Positions 39,001 to 48,000 of a stretch of DNA of 64,000 nt are shown piece by piece. The notes under the pieces are model-generated. The model was not told the DNA's origin and did no database searches. It saw only the letters and a list, made by a program, of their open reading frames with translations. The DNA is from Phoronis australis (Eukaryota; Animalia; Phoronida). Each line of letters begins with the position of its first letter. Position 1 is the first letter of the stretch. The position numbers and the translations under genes were made by a program. The stretch lies in assembly GCA_002633005.1 (NCBI GenBank), contig NMRA01000017.1:1090737-1154736 (forward strand). Direction: 5' to 3'.

Positions 39001-42000
39001 TCCCGCCTTTCGCTCATTAAGAATGCTGGAGTACACGGGGCGCCCCCTCCTGAACCAAGACAGAAGAATCCCCCATGTACTCCAGCATTCTTAATGAACG
39101 AAAGGCGAGAAATCCCTCATTCATCGACAAAGACCTGGTGGACCAGGTCGAAATGTCTGCTAACAACCAACCACATCTCTAAGTAAGTGACTTTTTACAT
39201 CTACAACAGTAAGTTTTGTTTAATCCTGTAGAGCTAATGAAAATTTAACATAGACTAGTCTATGAATTTGAGTTGATATAGTTTCTGAGCATGAACATTT
39301 TACAAGCATTTTGAACAATGATCATTCTGTTTATTTGTCAGAAATCATGCCCACTTTCGGATTTCAAACAAGGCCAGGAAGTCAAGGTGAAAATACTGGG
39401 TTTCCGTGAAGTGAAGAGTCATCGGTAAATTTTTAAGAGTTGTGTTTTGTTAATTTTGTCAGTAGTAGTAACAATATCTTTGATTAGTAAACGTAATTAA
39501 TTTTTAATGTGCAGAATTATTACAAATTTGCAATGTTTCTGTTTTGATGTAGCCATTAACTATGTAAAAATTCCTGGGTACTTCAGTGTCCATGCGTTAT
39601 CTGTGTTAATAATAATAATCGAACATGAATAATGTCACAAATAATGTTTGTTTGGTCATTTATCATGTGTGACCGCTGATTTTTTATATCCAGGTACTTA
39701 CCTGTAACACACCCCAACTTTGCTAAGGCGCTTCCTGAGTGTACCCTTCTACCAAGCAAGCTGAGAACTTCTGGTTACCATGACAGTGAACTGCCCAATG
39801 TCAAGACGTATAGATCGGGTGATACAGTCCAAGGTTATGTTCACAGTGTGAGTCATTCTTACATGTGTATTGCTGTATGACGTATTTCATGTCACATTGG
39901 TATATGGAAGTTCATGTATTGCTATATTGTAAGGACGTTGTTTTTACTGCTGAAAAATGCATTTGTGAAATTATTGTTGGATGGGATAGACTTCTGGAAC
40001 CAGTCAGGAGCTATAAACCAACAAAAGCTGTTTCTGTTATTTGCAGGAAGGCAGCCAGAATATGTAAAATAGAAACAGTGGCAAATTTGTGAATTATTTT
40101 TGTGTGAAAAATAATTAAAGAGTTATGGTATGTTCATTCTGGAGTGAATTGTCAAGTTTGTTCCTTGAAGACGTATTTGCATGCTTCTAACTATGCTAAT
40201 GAATAGCTGGAACTAAACGACAGTGCTATTTGAACATCATCTATGCTAAACAAAGTGCAGTTGTATTCATTAACAACGTGTAAATGTGAACAAAATTCTG
40301 GAAAAAAGGTGACCTTTGCACTAATGACATACCTTGGGGGTTCACATAGCCCGCATCATGCAGTGTTATTCCAAAACACCATGTTACGATACTTACTGGA
40401 CAAGGTTGAGTGATTTACAGTGGATTATTTTTGCTGCAAATCTCATTCTTAAAAGCATTTGGCAATTTTCAACCTACTTTCGTATTCACATCATCACTAT
40501 ATGTTGTGTTTCTCACTAATTTGACCAAGCACTCACAGAGATGAGGAATTAGTGTGTAAGTTGCACTTTAAGACATGAAGTTTGCTGCTGTATTTCAGTG
40601 AAAGTGCTGCCACCATTTGGTATCACACTTTGTCTTTATCTGTGCAGTATTCCAATCATTACCTCTGGTTACTGGTCAATCCTAGTGTCAAGGCCAAGGT
40701 CAGCATTCTACATTTGTCAAAAGACAAGAAGGTAATATTCCTCGACAATTTTACAGGGGTAAATTGTGATAGTGTTTGCAGTTTAGGACGTAAGTCTCTG
40801 ATGTGAAAGGTCTCCATGAGATGTAGTGCCTTTTTTAACAACATGACTTTTATAATTCTAATGTTTTACTACTCTGTGACACCTCACGCAATGAGTGCAA
40901 GTACTTTAGTCTTAAATTAGACTTAGAACTTATAGTGAAGTTTACTCAATTTAGAACACAATAAGATGGAACAGTGAAATTTCATTTTATGAAAATTTTT
41001 CACTAAACGTAAACAAGGAGAAAACTTAAAATATTCCACGTTTGTATGAGGGGATATCAAAAATAGGAGTTTTATGATTTTCATAAAAAACTATAAAGTG
41101 GCATTAATGGAAAATGAAATGATGCTTTAGGAAACTAATAACGTTTTTGAAATCTCATCTAACTTGAACATTTATGTAAAAAACATTTGATCATGTAATT
41201 GATACTATTGTTTTGCTATCAATGTACCTTAATTCTATTTTGCTAAATTTCATGTGGTGACCCAGTTACAGTTTGACAAAAAGTCAAAAATCAAACTTGT
41301 TTACAGGTTGTCTGTTTACAGAAAATTTACACTCTTTTTACTGAGTTCAGATTTATAGTTTTGTAGATATTTGGCTGAATACGCACTACATAACCTTAAA
41401 ACATATCTCATCACAATAACCTTAACCTATATCATCGCAGTTACTTACTTTTTATCACTTCAGGTTTGTCTAAATCCTCTGAAAACATTCAAGGTTGGAT
41501 CCTTCTACCATGCTACTGTTGCTGGAGTCATCAATGACGAAAAACTGGAGGCCTCTCTCATAGGTTTTTAGCTATTTTAGTTATTAGTCTCTTGGTAAAG
41601 CTTTGTGTGTTTACTATCTTTGTTTAATCATTATGTCAGTCACCAAAAATTAACAGTAAGTTATTCCACTGTAAACGTATAACGTTTAACCTGATATTTA
41701 TTCTTTCCTCTTGTAGTGAAGTCTAAATTTGGTCGTGGAACTGTTTTATTTATCCTGTAGGACATGTTTAAAGATCCCATATAAATAATTTAGTGTAGAA
41801 TCATGCCAATTTAAACCAAAGCTGTTTTGTTTTTCCAGGCAGTGTTAGTCCAGTTGCCTCTGGTAATGTTGTGCGGGGATTCATTACCAAGGTGTCACCA
41901 TCTGTTGGAGTTACGGTACAACTCCCCGGTGGGTGCTCTGGCCGTGTTGCTCTCACTGACATCAAAGATAAGTTTGTGGACTGTCCCACCAAAGGGCTGA

Positions 42001-45000
42001 AAGAGAACCACATAGTCAAGTGTTATGTAGTGTCACTTGAAAGTTACTTGTGTACCTTGTCACTCCGACAGTCTAGGTGAGTCGTTGCTATGGCAGCAAC
42101 TACTACAGTGTTGTCATAGCGAGTGAAAATGAATTTGCTGACCTTTCGTTTGTCAGTTTTGTCCTTTTCTCCTAAAAAAAATTACTGTGATTTAATGGCC
42201 AAAAGACAAAGAAAGAATTGAGCTAGTTAAGCTCATAAAATCAGTTTCGTAATATTGTTACTGTGGTTGGACTTGATTCTCCTTACCTGCAAAATCAAAA
42301 TCATGAACGACTGAAGAATGCTCTTCAAAGTTTGTTGGGTCTGGCCAAACTAAAATTGTGAATTCAAAAATGGTCCCTGTACGTATTGCCTGTGACTTGA
42401 GTTCCTTGCTCCTTCAGAAGCAATACATGATCGTCTAATTTTCCTAATATTTTTAAACCCCAGAGCACTTTGGTTAAGAATTTAATATTGATAGCTAAAC
42501 CGCTGCAAAATCCCCCTTTACGTCTGATAGCTAGGGCATGTTGGATTAATGTGAGCTACACCCAAAATGATCTTGAAATTAGTTTTCGCTTGGTATTTGT
42601 ACTCTTTGTGTAAGTGTCTACAGAGGTGATGAGTTGTTCAGGTGGTCATGTTTGTGCATTGCGTGTATGCTGCTGTGGCCCTCACGTATTTCATTTGCTG
42701 GTCTAGGACTGAGGAGCACGGTCACATAGTCGACCGTGAGATCAATAGTATACACGAGGTGAATCAGGAGTCTGTTGTCAAGGGTTACGTGCTGAGTTGT
42801 CATGAGAAAGGAGTGTTTGTTAGGTGAGTAAGTAAGAGAGATCTTACCTTATACATCATCACACTTCAAATAGTAGAGGGACCCGAAATGTCTTCTTTCA
42901 TAATGTCAATATTGGGTGAAGTTCTGAAATTCCTTATAAAACTATTGAGATCCAAATCCACAGACCTAGTCTTAATAGAGATCTGGACTTGATTTACCTG
43001 CAGTGTATTCAAATCAGTTACGGGATTCCTCTCCCCCCTCGACATTAGCAAATACCCGGTACTGTTTTTATTGTTTATTCTACAATGACAGAGGGCGCAC
43101 CCGGTGTTGAATCAAGTCCGCGAGATATGGACGAAATGTCTGTACACTTTCTACATGAAGGTGCGTTTTCTTCGGTTCCAAAAGGGATCTTTACTCAATA
43201 TTTTTATCATTAAATGGAACCCAGTAACATACATAGTCTCAATTATAAAACTGTCCTCAAAATTTTCTGCTCACTTAGTGCTCATTAATGTTCTATGTTG
43301 CAAGCGCAAACCACCTATTTTGTTCTTGAACAAGTGTATGAGTTGTGCGTCTTACTGTGTTTTGAACTCTCCTTCCAGCATTGGGCGGTGTGTGACGGGC
43401 CATGTATGCTTCACACATCTGTCTGACTACTTCATCAAAGATCTGGAGAAAGTCTTCTTCCCTGGGAAAGTGGTCACAGCTAAAGTACTAAGGTAGGACC
43501 AGGGATGTGTGGTTGTGTTTGGTAGCTGCAGATGTTTTTCTTATGCCTAGCTTGTGGTAGTTATCTCCCTTCCTCCCTTTGTCTTGAAACAGTAAAATTT
43601 CACCTCTAGTTAGTTTGCATAGTTAATGAAGCTGATTTCATATGAAAACATTTTTGCCAAACTGTAGTAGTTGTTTTTTGGCAGTTTTTGTTTGCTTTCT
43701 AACAAACAGTATCGATTTTGACTTTCACATTCCTTCAGATCTCTAACTAGATATTTGTGGTGTAATGCTGTTTCTGTTTCTTGTATGAGTAGCTTTAATG
43801 TGTGTTAATATTCATTGTGTTATTTCAAGATCTTAATATGAAATAGTGAGAAACGTTCTTAGCAGACAGGGATTAATAAATATTTTAGTTAACATTTAAA
43901 CTCTTTATGTATTTCATTAGGTGTGAAATAAATATAAATCACATTTTACTGTAAAATAGTTTTCCCAATGTTGTAGAGCCACCTGGCTCCTTCTACTGGC
44001 TCCGCAACATCGGGGAAAATTATTGTGTAGTAAGTTCCAGAAGTTGTGATTCATAATACCCTTTCGTCTAGTTATTTAATATTCACCCAGATGAATGATA
44101 GTGTCCATTATCTGTATTATCAATATTCTTCTAGTATTGACAGCAGTAAAGAGCACCTGGAGTTATCTCTCCTGGAGAGAGACACAGGTGTTTCTGAGAG
44201 CATTCCTGAAGATCAAAAAGTCAACCGTCGCCATGACATCAAGAAAGCCAAACCAAGCAAGAGGAAGGCAGAAAGTAAACAAGACTCCTCAAGCAGTGAG
44301 GGATCCCAACAGAGGGCGGTAGCAGTCAAGGAGGCGATAACCAAAGAGGAGGGAGACAGTGGGGTGGAGATGACAAAAGAGTCGGAGGATGAGGATGAGG
44401 GGAAGGTGTGTCGTGGAGGAGTGTTGTGAATAATGGTCTTGATTATTATTGTGGTCATATGTTGTTGGTGCGTGTTTCGTCAATAGTTGTATGCCTAATT
44501 AAAACGAAAATAGGCATATGACTGTGAACATGATGCTGTGTTTTATAAAAGAGCAAAATGTTGCAACTTTTTTGAGTTTGACATTCATATAACGCATTTA
44601 ATGACCAGTTTCATGATCCGTTTTATCATGCCTGTAAAAATTTACGGAACAATAGTCTTAGCTATGACTGTATGCATGACTGATGAGATGGCCCATTGTG
44701 ATAACATGAGAATTAGTGAGAACTAGCCATTGTGATAACATGAGTATTAGTGAGAACTGGGATACTAATAGTGTTGACATTAAAGATGTCAAATTATTTT
44801 TTGTTTTTTCAAAAGGAGTTCATAAGCCTATTATTTGATGAATATGCAAATTTGTCCTAGTGGATTATGTATTTCAGAATAATCCCTAACAGATATGATT
44901 AACCTAAGTATTTGTAGCTCAGAAGACCCCAGATCATTTGCAAACCAATGGTGTTTTACATAATTTGACACATCCTACAGCCAGTATTCAATGACATTTT

Positions 45001-48000
45001 GATGTGTCAGGAACCAAATAATGGAGGCTTCGTTGTACCTAACATTAATTTATCTTGGTTTGTTGCATTAACAGTTGTCATGGTTATTGCAAGTTATATT
45101 TATGCACGTTACAGCATCCAACAGACACAGCACCTCCACTACAGCTGTCAGCTGTATTTGATTGGAATGCCAGTCTGAACACGTTGACAGAGACACCTGG
45201 TGGTGACCAGTCTAGCAGTGAGGAATCTGATGGTGATGATAATGTAAGTGACCAAGCTGTGGGAGTGAGTAGTGTGTGAACTTTGTTGGGGATTTCTTGC
45301 AGTGTTATTGTCTGAATGTTTCATTTAGGTTATGTGGTACCTTACTGACTTGTCTGTGTATTAAGAATTCTAGAAAACTAAATGTTGAATCGCGATACAA
45401 CGAACCCTGTTTGTAACATTCGCTTGCTTATAGCGTTCCATTCCCGAAGTCCCATTTTTCTGTTATGCAAACTACCTTTTCTGTGCTTCGTTCACATGGT
45501 TATAACATACCAGTTTCGATGACCCAGTGGGCAACTTCACCCACTCTACAATGAACCAGCGCTTTTGAATTTAAAATTGATGATGGCACACTTCTCAATT
45601 TCATATTCGTGCTCAGCGAGTGACCCACAAGCATGTGATTCGCTGCACATAACCAGGCACGAAAAAATGACGACTCAACGGTTCTATGGTTTTATTTTCT
45701 CTAAAAAGTTGATTCGGTTATACTGAACCTTGGTTACAACAAACATCTTTGATGGGTCCCGGGAGGTTGATTGTACCAAAGTTCGTCTGCATGTTAGATT
45801 TTTATTATGAAAGTGGAAAGCCTGTAGAATTTGATTTTTGGCCGTTTTTTTTGTTGAAATTTAGCAAAAAAGAAAGGTAAAGAAAGGCTAAATTTCATTT
45901 GTTCAAGATGAAATCTCGACAAGGCTAGTACAGTTTTCTGAATTGCTTTGTTTTCGTTTTATGCAATTTTACTTTTTTTCTTGAAAATCATGAGTCCTAA
46001 TTTTTGATAGCCCCTCAGCAGACCGTTCTAAAATCAATCCCTAGCAGCACATAAGAGAACAGTGCATAAGAATATCTAAATGTTTCATGCATCTTATCAG
46101 ACATTTCTGAGATACGATGTTCCAAATTTAGCCAAGTTTGGACATTTTTCTACAGTACTATATAACCTTAAGCAAGACATTTCTACCTCTCTGTAGTGGG
46201 ATTTACTGCTGCCAACAGTCTTTGATGGTTGTTGATCAGTGAAGACACATGCTTCACCTCCTAGTGTATTGTGGTTTACTGCCACTATCAGTGTCTCTGA
46301 CTGTGGTTTATTATTAAAGACACAAGTTTTGTATGTGGTGTGTTGAGTTTACAGCAGCTGTCACTGTCTCTAAATGTTGGTGCTCAGTGACGCCACTTGC
46401 TAATTGTGGCGTCTTGTCAGGCTATGGGCTCTAATCTCTTCACTATGCAACACACATTTTAATATCTCCATGTGTTTGAGCTCTTTTATAGTATTGGTTT
46501 CTCTCACTGTTGTTGTTTACTAAAGTCATGGTCAAAATTTTCTTGTCTTTGTTTCCAGTTAGTGCCAGCAAAGAAATCCAAACTAGAACTGAAAAGAGAT
46601 GAAAAAGAAGAAGAAAAGATTCTATACAAGGTTTGTTGGGTCTTGATTTTTGTTTGGTTGAAGCTAGTAAAAATATATACTTGTATACACAAAAAGGATT
46701 GGTCTTTTATTTTTATTGAAATTTGTCTGTAATTTTTGTGATTGAATGAGTTGACACGAAGTTTGTGAGTAAGAATAATTTGAAATTTATTTTTTTACAC
46801 TTGTAAGGCAAAGATTTTACGCCATGTTAGTATTTTAATCGCTTAGTTATATAAACAGTATTTGGTCACGTTAACGCACCAATTAATTATTCCAAATGTG
46901 TATTCCGTTGTTTTATCGATTGGAACACAGTTTGATCTGGAATTTGTACTTTAGCTATAAGTGTCCGTCATGTCAAATGTCACTCATGTATATAGCCACC
47001 TACCATTATACCTCACAGACTGAGAGGCGAAATCTATCCAGTGACCTTGACCCAGTGACTGCTGATGACTATGATAGGCTGGTGATGCAATCACCTGACA
47101 GCTCTTTAGTGTGGATGCGCTATATGACCTTCTACTTGGAGAATGCCGAGATGGATAAGTCTCGCACCATAGCTGAACGAGCTCTCAAGACAATATCGTT
47201 TAGGTGCGTCTGTGGCAATGGTTACTGGGAGTTCCTGTTAGGACTGGATCAATTCCTAATTCTGTGTTAAACAGTCAATTAATCTGCATCAATTCAAGGA
47301 ACATTGCTGTTAATGGTTTCTGTAATTTTCAGCAGGTGCTGTTGTGGTTTCAGCCCCGTTATTTATGACACCTTGTAGCACCTTGTGGTACTTGTGCTTT
47401 TTGCAGCTCTCATGTTTTTACTACACTCGCGCATGTTTACTATGATGTGATCCAAGGTTTGTAATATCTCCATGTTGCTTTATAGTTTTGGCTTGTTTTG
47501 ACTATAAGCCAGTTCATACATTACCTTGAACCATGTCAAAGCTGCTAGTTCATTCAAGGTAGAGGATAAATCAACTTCTTTTGAGTTAATTCAGACTATA
47601 ATTGTGTTTTGTTCAGCAGAAATGACATGTTTGTTAAATTTTATTTCGTTGTATTCGTTTCTTTAATTATTAAATATTTGGCTAGGTCTTAATGTTTAGT
47701 TACATTTCAGGGAGGAAGGTGAAAAGTTCAATATCTGGATCGCCTACATGAACCTGGAAAACATGTATGGTAGTCCGGAGACGCTGAAGGCTGTTTTTGA
47801 TAGAGCAGTTCAACAGATGGAGCCTCTGAAGGTTTATCAACAGTTGGTCAACATCTACGTTGAGTCAGACAAGTGTGAGGTGAATTTTGCTCTATTTTGG
47901 ATGAATGGCGACTGTTGTGATGTGCAATTTTATTGTATCCCAATTTTCAACAAAAAAGTAATATCCAACCTTCATGAAACGTAATTTGATAAAAGTGTGT

